This document shows positions 1 to 11,900 of a DNA stretch of 64,000 bases, piece by piece. Origin of the DNA: Octopus bimaculoides (Eukaryota). The DNA lies in assembly GCF_001194135.2 (NCBI RefSeq), contig NC_068991.1, positions 79,641,945 to 79,705,944 on the forward strand. The letters are read 5' to 3'. Positions within the stretch are counted from its first letter, which is position 1; each line of letters starts with the position of its first letter. A program made the translations under genes and the position numbers. A model generated the notes under the pieces. It searched no databases. It worked only from the letters and a program-made list of their open reading frames with translations, and was not told where the DNA came from.

Positions 1-42
<42 letters not shown>
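1..42. repeat. (ATT)n microsatellite, truncated by window start
   Basis: Perfect ATT tandem array directly upstream of a SINE head. Confidence 0.95.
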
Positions 43-44
<2 letters not shown>

Positions 45-148
45 GGCAGCGAGCTGGCAGAATCGTTCGGTCGCCGGGCGAAATGTTTAGCAGCATTCCG
101 TCCGTCTTCACGTTCTGAGTTCAAATTCCGCCGAGGTCGACTTTGTCT
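43..148 (+). mobile_element. Octopus-type tRNA-derived SINE, family A (5' part)
   Basis: AAGGCAGCGAGCTGGCAGAATCG...TTCTGAGTTCAAATTCCGCCGAGGTCGACTTTG. It carries A-box/B-box-like motifs and aligns with copies at 15794, 18481, 33266 and 48995. Confidence 0.8.
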
Positions 149-1473
149 TAAGATGGTAATATTAAATGTTTTAAACAGAAAATATTAATGTGATGGAAAC
201 TGTTTCTGAAACTTCAAACGAATGGCAATGACATAAGGAATACTATACAAATATAAAAAAAAGTCTAGACATGTTTCTAATAGTCACATGTAAATCTATT
301 CATAGTGATATAATATATAAAATATATAGGTAATTTTTAATCCGGTACCTGTAGTGTGATACACTTAACCGAAGTACGATGCGAGAAAATTGCTGAAATA
401 TGCGTTTATGGAGTGGGATCACTTAAGAGTAAAATATATTTATATTAGTTTCATGTGGTTCATTGGTTCATATTGTGTTGAATGTATCGCCATAAATATG
501 AATAAAACTGGTCTAAACTGTGCAGGGGATTATGTCTTACGCTTGTCAGATGAAGAGTCTGAAGTTATGATACTAGCATTAATTTCGGTTTTGTAGTAGG
601 ATGAAGCATTACCCTTGCTTCAATAACTTTCAGATAAAGTAAGACCATGAAGCAGAACAGGTGATAAAAGAAAGATAGAGAGACGGAGAGGAAAACGTAG
701 CAGTTGCGAAATACTCATTTGTAAAGTGCCGATACAGATGCGAAATTGCTTTGTAGTTGCCGGGCTTACAGCATTGATAACAAACGTTTACAAACGCAGC
801 AATGGATTTATTAATAGCAAGATAGCCGCTATAATTTAACACACTGAGATGCGTTTCTGGGAAAATCAATTCCGTAGGATACATGCATCATTTCGTTTAG
901 TAGAAACGCATCTACAATGTGTCATGTTTCAGCTTACTCCACCTCAATAAAATTAATCCCTTGATTCGCTTTCATGTTTCGTAATCTCATACCATTATTT
1001 GGGTATAATCGTACATATGTAGTGTTAGTCAAAAGAGTTGCAATATTTTAATTTTTCTTGTAATACAGTAAATAACATTCACCTTCGCCAAAGCGAGTTA
1101 CGGTTCATTCTATTATTACTATTATATTAAGTATATTGTAGATATGTCGATTTATGTCCATATTTCAAATCTCACCGAGGTGATAAGTTGTCATGACATG
1201 TTATCCTCACGTTATTGTTGATACATGTACAAGAGAAGTCCATACCGCATTAGATATACAATCGACAATTCTATCTCCTAAGATACATCGCAGTGTAACA
1301 ACCTCAGAGACATTATATTACATACACGATAGGGCTTTTCTTTCTGAAAATAGCTAAGGAGGGTAGATTGAGTCTAAAGATTTTCTGTCAGGCAAAAACA
1401 GCATCTTTTATCTTTTATGGATTGTCTTAATCATAAGACTGACGTTTCGTCGAATGAATCGATGCCAGTATAT

Positions 1474-1565
1474 CTTTTTAAAGTCTGCTACTTATTCTAC
1501 CGACCTTTTTGCTGAACAACTGGTTGTCAAGCGGTAGCAGGTGGACAAACAGGCACAAATACACG
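1474..1565 (-). mobile_element. SINE family B, 3' half fragment
   Basis: Reverse complement matches the 3' half of the full-length copy at 57871-58335 (GTCC...CGCTTGACAACC...GGTAGAATAAGTA). Confidence 0.6.
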
Positions 1566-1603
1566 CGCGCGCGCGCAAACACACACACACGCACACGCAC
1601 ACA

Positions 1604-1639
<36 letters not shown>

Positions 1640-1690
1640 TTTTGCGTTTTTGAGTTCTAGCATCACAAATTCGTAATCGTGTATATATAA

Positions 1691-1731
<41 letters not shown>

Positions 1732-1733
<2 letters not shown>

Positions 1734-1890
1734 TGCAGGTGTGTCTGTGTGGTGAGAAGCTTCATCCTCAACGACATGGTTCTGGGTTCAGTCCCACTGC
1801 TTGGCTCTTTGGGCAAATGTTTTCTACTATAGCCTCGGGCCGACCAAAGCCTTGTGAGTGGATGTGGTAGACGGAATCTAGAAGAATTTA
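1732..1890 (+). mobile_element. SINE family B, tRNA-like head
   Basis: GTGCAGG...GGGTTCAGTCCCACTGC...TATAGCCTCGGGCCGACCAAAGCCTTGTGAGTGGAT, homologous to 57871-58030. Confidence 0.8.
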
Positions 1891-1939
1891 AAAGATGCTC
1901 GAGCAAGGCCGAAGTCAAATATATATATATCCTACTGGG

Positions 1940-2040
1940 TTCTTTCAGCATCCATCTAGCAAATTCTCTCACTAGGCTTTGGTCGGCCTGAGACCCAAGG
2001 TGCCATTCTGTGGGACTGAACTCAGAACCACATGTATTTC
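1940..2040 (-). mobile_element. SINE family B head, inverted relative to 1732-1890
   Basis: Plus strand reads ...CTCACTAGGCTTTGGTCGGCC...GTGGGACTGAACTCAGAACCACATG, the reverse complement of the family B head. Confidence 0.7.
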
Positions 2041-2991
2041 CAATTAGTGTAATGGACATACACAGATGGTTATTTTGGTTTAATACTTTCAATTGCCTAC
2101 ACTGAGCTTTTTCTTCTATTGTAAATTACTTTTCTGTAAGAAGTTCTAAACGAAGATCGGCAGCTACTTTAGAGTACCTGCGACTCATGAGATTTGCATA
2201 ATTAACGTTATGCAAATGTCTTATTGCTCTTCATTTGGGAAGTTCTGCATCAAACGGAAACTATGAATTGCTTGCATATTTAAACGTCTTTTTAATCTAA
2301 AATTTACTAAATAATGGAATTCCGGTATCATAAAATAGAAATGCGTCACTTAAGTGTTTTTTTTATACAAACGCTTTGTTTTCTTCAAAATATACGCTTT
2401 ATATTTAATGGCACTTAAACGAAAAGGGTAATTGCAAAGGCGAGTTTTTTAAAAGCAAGTATTTCAAAAATTTGAAAATAAAATCTAAGATTTCCATGTT
2501 TATATTCACATACCTTTTAATCCCTGAATTAAACCATTTAAATCTTTTTGTAAATATATTCATACGAATAGTAAATAATAAAAATAGAATTTTTATTACA
2601 CATTTAAAATGCTATATAAAACCTTTATATTTTACCTGAACTTGTGTATAAATAGATAGAAGAATAAGAATATGTGTTGGATACAAATATGCACAAACTC
2701 GATTTGATTCTTAAAGAGCGAAAAGAATTTGAAGTAAACATAATAAAACAGCTTTAAGAGAAACACGAAGAATTACATCCAACATGCGCGCATACGAACG
2801 TATGAATAAGCAGTGGCAGATATATTCATAGAAGTTATACATTTATAGTGAAATCAAGTGTGACAGACATGTCTAAAGACCGAGAAGTGAAGAAAGACAA
2901 AGAAGACCTCTGCAGAATTAGAACAACGGAAGAAGTACTTCAAAGTATTTATCCCACACTGGAACGAAAGATCTTGCTTACCTCTCACCAA

Positions 2992-3063
<72 letters not shown>
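2992..3063. repeat. (AAT)24 microsatellite
   Basis: Perfect AAT array. It produces the poly-N/I/Y stretches of the ORFs at 2848-3190. Confidence 0.95.
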
Positions 3064-3600
3064 TTGGTGAAACAATACACCCTTCCCTCTTGGAATTCCT
3101 GTGCTGACAATTAAACGAATACAAAAATCGCCACGATAGGGTAGGATAATATTTATAATGGAAAATATGTAAACAATACAAAATCAACACTTATGCTTAC
3201 TTGTATGAACATTATCCTGAGCCAGTCGTTGAAGGTAAAAATGTCACTACCCTCTTGGATTTTCCAGTCAACTCTGACAGAATGATCCAGGCTAATCGAC
3301 CAGACATAGTCATAAAAGAAAAGGAAAAACAAATACTTGTTGACTATTAGATGTAAGTGCTCCCACAAATAAAAATATATCTGTAAAGGAATTTAACAAA
3401 TTAAGTAAGTATAAGGACCTGTAAAGAAGTGACATTTTAAAGCGAGAATTATTCCTGTCACTGTGGGTGCCCTAGATATGATAAGAAAGGAATTTCAGAA
3501 ACATCTAGATAATATCCCAGGAGAACCATATTTTAGTGAAATCCAAAAGATTGTGCTGAAAAGTACTGCCCACAACCTTAGAAAAACCTTATCCATTTAC
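3064..3600 (+). mobile_element. R4/Dong-clade non-LTR retrotransposon 3' fragment (end of CCHC zinc finger plus restriction-like endonuclease), with stops and frameshifts
   Basis: Manual translation gives ETIH...EYKNRHDRVG*YL*WKIC...YEHYPEPVVEGKNV...DRMIQANRPDIVIK...DVS...NISVKEFNKLSKYKDL...IIPVTVGALDMIRKEFQKHLDNIPGEP...EIQKIVLKSTAHNLRKTLS. RHD and the PD..D..K-type motifs are typical of RLE LINEs. Confidence 0.85.
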
Positions 3601-4802
3601 ATATCTGTGTTGAATTACATGAAGATATTTCGCTCTTGGCCCTGGCACATGCCCTCCCCAAGCTTTCAGTCATACTATAACATCTCGTAAACTTAACTCG
3701 CTCTAGGACCTATAAATACGTACAATACGTAAATGCATATCAATGCGTTCACACACACGCACATATTGATTTATTTGTTTTTTGTACCATTTTTACGCTT
3801 CTGAAATGTTATATTCTACGCATTTCTTACCAAAATATATTCCTATTGCTGGCGCCAAATATACCACGTTACTTTTACTGGAGCTATTTTAATCTGATCT
3901 TTAAGGCGATCTATTTTGTTTAACAAAATAAATGTGACATATATCACCAAAATCGTAGATGCCATAGATTAAAAGACATAAACAGAACTACAACGAACAT
4001 CTCTGCTATTTAAGAGCTTCCCGTAACCTCTGTCTTCTCACACTCTACATATTAATGCTACGTACACCGTTCATCAATCCCTTCCGTGGACTGCACTCCG
4101 TACTGTTCATTGCTGCAATTAACAACCACAGCATCCACACATCTCTCTTATTGCTATCATTCTTGTTGCGTCAGAAACCACAAACCTGACATTGAACTCT
4201 ACTCTCAGATCCTCCTTCCAAAAACATCACACATGAGCAATTACCTCCTTGTGCATATATTTCCACGAGTGTTTACATACTGAGACATCATTGTCACCGG
4301 TGAACCATCACAGGTCATCGACATTGCTCCTTCCACCAGACATAGCAAGGGAGACAGTGAAAGCGGACGGAATTATGATGTTACCATGAAATCGATTGGT
4401 GAGCCATGCTTCGCCATCTTTAGAACAATTTTCACGGTACAGGAATACTCAATGCGGTTTGAATTATGACTTGACAACCACATTAGCAAGATTTATTTTA
4501 TCATATATATAAATAACAGAATAAAAGCAACACTAAAGTTGTAAACGTTACCGACCACGAATAGTGTATGTATGTGCTTCGTGCGTTCGCCGGTTCACTG
4601 CCGAATAGCAATTGGGGAAAGACTCCTTCATAACGCTGTGTGTTAGAAGATATAATTGTAAGGGAGAAGTGAGACAACATGTTATGAGGTAGTCGCCACT
4701 AAGCACCTTACCGCAGCAAACTCGCGAACAAACAAAACACATATTAAGTATGTGCAGCCGGTAATACTTATATATATATATATATATATATATTGCATAC
4801 AT

Positions 4803-4841
<39 letters not shown>

Positions 4842-4844
4842 CAT

Positions 4845-5050
4845 TTATTCTTTCACCTGTTTCAATCAGCCAAGAGAGGCTGTCTTGGATCACCACCGTG
4901 AAGGGTGGTTTTTAAGTCGATTAAATCGACCTCAGAACTTATCTTTTTAAAGTCTAGTACTTATTTCACCATTATCTCTCGCCGAACCGCTATGTTACGG
5001 GGACGTAAACACACCAACACTGGTTGTCAGTGGTGATGGGGGAACAAACA
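4845..5050 (-). mobile_element. SINE family B, 3' half
   Basis: CTTTTCACCTGTTTCA...AGTCGATTAAATCGACC...GCCGAACCGCTATGTTACGGGGACGTAAACACACCAAC, the reverse complement of the family B tail. Confidence 0.75.
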
Positions 5051-5104
5051 TAGAAACTATGACACACACAGACACAGATATATACATGGATACACGTACA
5101 TGCT

Positions 5105-5357
5105 GAAACCCCCTTCGGTTATGACTGACCATGGGATTAAACCTAGAAATTTACCCTCCTAGGCACAAGTTCTGGCAAGGTTGTTTATGCAAGACCAGCA
5201 GTGGCCCATGCATACCGGCCTCCCCTCTCCACGCCACCAGTGTTAACCAAGCGAAAGGCAAAGCCCAATACAGCTTGGCACCTGTGACGTTGCAACTCAC
5301 TTCTACAGCTGAGTGAACTGGAGCAATGTGAAATAAAGTGTTTTGCTCAACAACACA
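5105..5357 (-). mobile_element. Interspersed repeat, probable SINE family C
   Basis: Shares GCAAGGTTGTTTATG...CCACGCCACC...ACAGCTGAGTGAACTGGAGCAA with 13078-13320. It runs into a gap. Confidence 0.65.
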
Positions 5358-5814
5358 GATNNNNNNNNNNNNNNNNNNNNNNNNNNNNNNNNNNNNNNNN
5401 NNNNNNNNNNNNNNNNNNNNNNNNNNNNNNNNNNNNNNNNNNNNNNNNNNNNNNNNNNNNNNNNNNNNNNNNNNNNNNNNNNNNNNNNNNNNNNNNNNNN
5501 NNNNNNNNNNNNNNNNNNNNNNNNNNNNNNNNNNNNNNNNNNNNNNNNNNNNNNNNNNNNNNNNNNNNNNNNNNNNNNNNNNNNNNNNNNNNNNNNNNNN
5601 NNNNNNNNNNNNNNNNNNNNNNNNNNNNNNNNNNNNNNNNNNNNNNNNNNNNNNNNNNNNNNNNNNNNNNNNNNNNNNNNNNNNNNNNNNNNNNNNNNNN
5701 NNNNNNNNNNNNNNNNNNNNATATATATGTATGTTTATTTTTCTATTTTACGTATGGTCACGATTGATATATATGTACATATGCACCCTTTCTGTCTGCG
5801 TTGTGTGTTTGTCA

Positions 5815-5915
5815 TGCACGTGCCCTGTTGGCTAGTGAGGTTGCATTCACGATCGCAAGGCCATGGTTTCGATTCCAGGACTGGTGGTACATTGTTACCG
5901 TGAGCAAAATACGTC
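5815..5915 (+). mobile_element. Degenerate tRNA-derived SINE head
   Basis: TTGGCTAGTGAGG...GGTTTCGATTCCAGGAC with A-box/B-box-like spacing. Confidence 0.45.
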
Positions 5916-6579
5916 ATTTCAAGTTCGTCTCCGATCACTTTGACATCCGACGTGTTGTATACAGTGTGCATCTGCACCAACAGTATAGATTTATGGAGAG
6001 AGAGAGTGAGCAAAGGACAGCAAGAACATTTCGATGACTATAAACAACTGAACTGAATAGGCTTTCAAGACATTTCGTAATACTCACCTGTCGTTTACGA
6101 CAGGAGGGGGGACCACAATATACGCACACGCACGCACACACACACAAATATATTTTTATCACACAACTGTGTTATCAGGGCTGGTTACCTAGCCATAATG
6201 GGCCAGATATCACAGTAAGTCATTTCACTTTAAAGAATGTGGAATGTGACTTTAGAGACGTTTCACTTTTAATTCCATCAGCTCATAATACCACATTCAC
6301 ATCTGTCATTGGTTTATCTACTTCAATCTAGATTTTGTTGCTCAGCTTCAGTTAAATTTTTAACCAACCAGCCCTATCAAGTCGTCACAATTCTATATAT
6401 ATCATCACTGTAATTTTCGGCAGTGAACCAGTCATAACAATTCATTTCATTTTAAGGACGATGGAGTGTCACTAAGTAAATTTGCAGGAGGCTGTCTGAT
6501 TTCTTATTGAATCATCAACGGTAAACTAGGAGAGTTACGCAGGGAATTTTACCAACTGGCTTGGATCTGCTACTTTGAT

Positions 6580-7037
6580 TTTTGTCTATCATTTGGAGCT
6601 GTAAATTTAATTATCAGGTACTTTCTATTCTTTTTGTCTACTACTACAAAATCAGACCATCTAGCTTCGATTAATTTGTCACTCTGAATGGTAAAATGCC
6701 GAAGCATTTATATTCCGTATTTTCTAGCATTTTCTAGGTTCATGTTTGTACCACTTATGTGTATGGTCAAATTCCACCTCTCTACGTATATCTAGCAGTG
6801 GATAATTTACCCTAGGTTGTTATGTCTTTTCTTGTATTCTTTCTATGACAGCATGCTACATTCACTTACTATAAGAGTAACACTTTACTCTTTTATATAC
6901 TGGGAATCTACCTGATTTTTGTCTCTCTTGGCTTTTATGAAATTAGTCCTAAATGCCTAATCTTCTACTGCTACTAGCAGTTTTGTTTTTGTTTCTCTAT
7001 TCAGCATTCCCTTCCGCAACCATAATCATGTTTCACT
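6580..7037 (-). mobile_element. R4/Dong-clade LINE fragment (post-RT region, zinc finger, start of RLE domain), degenerate
   Basis: Minus-strand translation across frameshifts: WLRKGMLNRETK..LLVAVED*AFRTNFIKAKRDKNQVDS...SECSMLS*KEYKKRH...KWYKHEP...TIQSDKLIEAR..DFVVVDKKNRKYLII. Confidence 0.8.
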
Positions 7038-8340
7038 ATTATTATTTCCTGCGATTATATTTTGTAATCTACAACAACGAAGATGATGGTGGTAGTTGTA
7101 GTAGAATAAACTTCGCAAAAACAATTTTCCAGATAATATCATATTTACAAGATAAATATGATGAATGTGAAAACCATGAGTGAATAAAATACTTTAATGC
7201 ATTCTTCTTGGATATCTAGTTTGCGTCTGCAAACCTACAGTCGTGTTCGTGAAATAATGGGCCTTCATTATCTTATTTTATATTGCTAACATGAATATAT
7301 ATCTTACAATTCTTGTAAATGTGCATTTATTTTCACTGATGACCGAATGAAAAGTATGGAAAGGTTACTGAATATCATCTGTGCCTCACAGACATGTTTG
7401 GGAGAGTTATATCTGACGAACCCAAACAACAAAAGTTTCAGGTTATCATTGAAAGATATCAATTTAACTTGAATTACGCAAATTATATCAACTTCATGTA
7501 CAGTCCTAAAGAGGAGTTTTTCCCTCTTATGATGCTCAGTCAAGTTTGCTACTAAGAAAAAGTCTTCTTTGCTAAGTTACAATTCTGTCACTCAGCCAAT
7601 AGAGTACCTCACACTTTAAATACTGTGAGCTCTGTGCCGTTTATGTTCATGGGTTAACGCTGCAAGTTTTATGACGGGGTTAGTAGTAGCAGCAATGCAA
7701 TGCGACCATTAATTTATCTGCTAAAATTTGTGTACAGTTATTTTATAGAAAGATTTATATTATTAAAATGTAGTTTCCATATTTTTCACCAATACAAGAC
7801 AGCACATTTAGAGTTCCATGCTTATTATTCCTTGAGCATATGGTGTCTTTTCACTCTAAAAGAATTTTGAGACAGCAACCGTTGGATTTTAATATATTAT
7901 TTTATTCTTCTTTATATGAATATATTCGAAAGTCAGCTATATTGTATTGTGAAATCTTGTATTGTTCCAAGTATTAGTACAATTGCTGCCAGATGTTTAT
8001 GATACCTTTTTCCTGACGCTTTACATAAAGATGTTTTTCAAATATTGGTTGTATCTGATTTGTATTTTACGTTTGTTCTCTTCTCAGAGTTTTCCATTAT
8101 TTTTGCCTGCATGAACCAAAATTGATTATTTTCATTCATAATATTGATTTAGAAATATGTTTCAATATAACTTTTCAAAAGAAAAGAGAAATATGTTCTA
8201 TTGATCTAGAAAAATCTAGTGATATGAATATAAGCAGCAAACTACAAATTTACTTTGCAATATTTCAATTATGTCTATATTCCTATAGATGTGTGAGTGG
8301 ATCTGATAGACTGAGACTAAAATAATCCCGTATTCTCTGT

Positions 8341-8364
8341 CTGTCTGTCTGTCTCTCTCTCTCT

Positions 8365-8451
<87 letters not shown>

Positions 8452-8520
8452 TACATATATGTATGTGTGTGCATGCGACTGTGTTTGTGCGTGTATGTGC
8501 CTTTGCGTGTGTGTCTATGT
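8341..8520. repeat. Compound microsatellite (TGTC)n(TC)n(TA)n(TG)n
   Basis: Directly visible tandem arrays. Confidence 0.9.
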
Positions 8521-8544
8521 ACGTGTTGCATTTCCACTCGACTA

Positions 8545-8700
8545 GTATAAGTTTCTTTACGTGACTTAGTGGTTCGGAAAAAGAGACTGAAATGTTAAGT
8601 AATAGGCTTTTAAAATAAGCACATGAGGTGATTTGTTCCGCCGAACAATCAAAGGGATGCCCCAGCATTGACGCAATTCAACGTGTGATACAAGTAGTAT
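8545..8700 (+). mobile_element. SINE family B, 3' half, degenerate
   Basis: GTGACTTAGTGGTTCGGAAAAAGAGACTGA...ATAGGCTT...GATGCCCCAGCAT, similar to 58190-58320. Confidence 0.55.
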
Positions 8701-10084
8701 CAACAATCATTTCAAAAGTATTGTCAATGTTAGAATACTTCGTTGAATTGAAGGATTATTAAGTCTTAATTATACCTTGTTAACTCCTGGCTATGTATAA
8801 TTAACTAATATGACGTGTTTCTCAATTTAAAATCATTAATCCCATTAAACCATTTAAAATTACTTAATGAATCAACGAGATTCAAATTTGCTGAGATTTT
8901 CAAGGAATAATAAAAAAGTAACAAAAAATGTTGATGTTCGATCCAGGAACGGCTACCAAGTGCACTGCATCAGCAAAAACTAAAATAAAAGCACAATAAC
9001 ATTAAGCAATTAAGGTTCATCTATGATGTTATATGTGGAAATAACAGAATAATCATGTCAGCAACGAATGGACGACGAGTTGTATCAAATTTATGATAAT
9101 GATATGCAAATAAAAGTTGTCAAAACTATCAGTAAAAATTCGGAAACAATTTGACTCACCTGGTATATCAGGGGTAAATATACAACTTTTATACGATATT
9201 CTTCATAACTTCTTTAGGATTGATATTAATGGTATTTGTTACCAACATAAAATTATTTGATATCATAACTGTCATATTCTAACAGTATATTATTGATTGT
9301 TTCAATAATGCATTTCATTTACAATTTTTGAGCTCTCTTTTAAACATTAAAATGATACTTTTCCTGCCACATATTTCTGCAATAAAGATTTTTTTTCTAA
9401 AAATGAAATCAATAATTTCTCAGTCGAAAAATCTTTCGTAATTATTTATGTGAACAGATATGTGTTTTGTGTGCGTATGTATGTTTGTGCCTATGTTGTA
9501 TGTATATGAGTGTGTATATATATACATATATATATGAGAGGTGCGTGCACGTGTCTGTGTGTGTACATCCATACACACACACGTTCATACCTATATTTTA
9601 GTAATAATTAAAATATAGGTATGCTTCCAATATAAGAAATGTATCAAGTATGTATATTTATTAGTAATATGAGAAACATACAATATTTATATTTATCTGC
9701 AATATATAGAAATATATAAAATATTTATAAGTAGTATTAGAAATACATCGAACATAAATATTATATAAAGATTAGAAATATATAAAATATTTATTTACAA
9801 CCAATATTAGAAATATATCATANNNNNNNNNNNNNNNNNNNNNNNNNNNNNNNNNNNNNNNNNNNNNNNNNNNNNNNNNNNNNNNNNNNNNNNNNNNNNN
9901 NNNNNNNNNNNNNNNNNNNNNNNNNNNNNNNNNNNNNNNNNNNNNNNNNNNNNNNNNNNNNNNNNNNNNNNNNNNNNNNNNNNNNNNNNNNNNNNNNNNN
10001 NNNNNNNNNNNNNNNNNNNNNNNNNNNNNNNNNNNNNNNNNNNNNNNNNNNNNNNNNNNNNNNNNNNNNNNNNNNNNNNNNNNN

Positions 10085-10240
10085 GGTAAGTAGTTTGCTT
10101 ACCAACTACATGGTTTCGGGTTCAGTCCCACTGCGTATTACCTTAAGCAAGTGTCTTCTACTATAGAGTCGGGCTATCCAAAGACTTGTGAGTGGATATG
10201 GTAGAAGGAAACCGAAACAAGCCCGTCGTACATATATATA
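10085..10240 (+). mobile_element. SINE family B head
   Basis: GGTAAGTAGTTTGCTTACCAACTACATGGTTTCGGGTTCAGTCCCACTGCG...AAGCCCGTCGTACATATA. Confidence 0.8.
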
Positions 10241-10384
10241 TGTGCGTGTGCATGTGTGTGGGGGGACATAAACAAACTAAAACAGGTTGTGACCAGTGAC
10301 TGGGGACAAAGACATAAATAGAGATACGCTCCCACGCGCACAGACACACAGACACACACACACACACAAGCACATACACACATA

Positions 10385-10530
10385 TACGACAGGCTTGTTT
10401 CAGGTACCATGTATCAAATCCATTCACATGGTTTAGGTCGGTCCGGGGCAACAGAATACACTTGCCAAAGTGCCTCGCAGTGGTACTAAACACGGAGTCA
10501 TGTTGTTGGAAAGAACGCTTTCTATCAGAC
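10385..10530 (-). mobile_element. SINE family B head, inverted copy, degenerate
   Basis: Plus strand ACGACAGGCTTGTTTCAG...CAAATCCATTCACATGGTTTAGGTCGGTCCGGGGC...CACTTGCCAAAGTGCC is the reverse complement of the head. Confidence 0.65.
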
Positions 10531-11479
10531 TGTCACACCTACTCCTCCATGTCATTGGCAAATAATGGAAGTTGAATATTTTACATGAAGTCATACTTTC
10601 TTGTAATCAATATAACATCTGCAAAAGTACATTTATATTTAATATGAATTTCTTTTTATTATTAAAGCGCCAGTGTTTTCAACATGTAGTTCGTTATAGG
10701 GAAATGAATTGTCAAGAAACTCGAGAATAATTTTCTTTCAAAATGCTAAATTTCTGTTCTAGTTGAGTTTCCAGCCAAACATGTAATAATCATGTTGCTA
10801 AATATTTTGACGTCTTTAATAACCTAATTACTCTTTGCCACACCCTAAATATTGACAGATACAAAACTCCAAACTCCGTCATCTTATTGTGCTTTGAATA
10901 TGTTTTTATTAGACAAAATATTGAAAACAACTGCATCAAAAGTATTAATTCTGTATGTGTAAAAATATATATTTATTTCATTTAATTCTTTTAAACCAAA
11001 TTTTCCAATAAATTAGAATTTGAGGGATTTTTATGGCTTTTTGTTGACAAAGAATATTAGTAGTTCGTATTTAGAGTAATATACTCCGTCTTCGCTCTAA
11101 ATCAATCTTAAACAGGTGTCACCTGCAGATCGCAACTGGGTTCCAAAAAACAAATAATGGATTTGTCACCCGATACAATGAGTAGGTAATGAGTAGTTGA
11201 ACAAATGAAGGCCAGTCTTCATTTCTGATATGAATAATGTAAAGTAAATCAAGGTTTAAGAAACCTTATCAAATATAGTTTAATCACATTGAATTTCCTT
11301 CTATGATATCCATAATATAAAATAATTAACCTTAGCTTGCAAACATTACCTGTCCTTATATTGTATCGATTAAATGAAATAATGTTTTTCACCTAAGGAG
11401 ATTTATATTTTAAATATGTGCTGCACTTGTTTCTCGAACTGACGCCCAGCAGCAATTATGTACACACATNNNNNNNNNN

Positions 11480-11513
<34 letters not shown>

Positions 11514-11705
11514 GTACAGGGGTTAGACGAAATAGTGGACACACTTAGCATCATAGCATCATAATTCTGAAATATCTGTAGAACCGTCAAAAGCTTGTTT
11601 ATTTTTATGTTTTTTGATTTATTATTAGTGTTGCTTAATATGTTTTGATAAAATTGCTGTTTCTTTTTAGTTATCATCAAAAACAGCTAATTAAAATTCA
11701 TTACA

Positions 11706-11900
11706 GTGACATATCTATCGGACTTTCAAAGAGGTCAAATGGTTGGTGCTCGTATGGTAGGCCTTAGCGTGACAAAAACAGTCGAAATGTTTCGTGTATC
11801 AAGAAGTACTGTCCCGAAGTAATGACAGCCTTTGAGAAAGAGGAAAAAATCTCATCGCCGAAACAAAACTCTGGGAGAAAGCCAAAACTTTCAGATATGG
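11706..11900 (+). mobile_element. Tc1-family transposase N-terminal helix-turn-helix remnant
   Basis: TYLSDFQRGQMVGARMVGLSVTKTVEMFRVSRSTVP(fs)VMTAFEKE.KISSPKQNSGRKPKLSD. The LSDFxRGxxVG and GRKxKLS motifs are typical of Tc1 transposases. Confidence 0.8.

Noticed and set aside
2848-3114. 88-aa ORF with poly-Asn
   Set aside because: The poly-N is the (AAT)24 tract and the C-terminus is an off-frame read of the LINE fragment. The N-terminal part matches no protein I recognise.
4010-4400. Possible LINE 3' remnant
   Set aside because: Only a faint resemblance to CR1-type motifs. I could not assemble a coherent translation.
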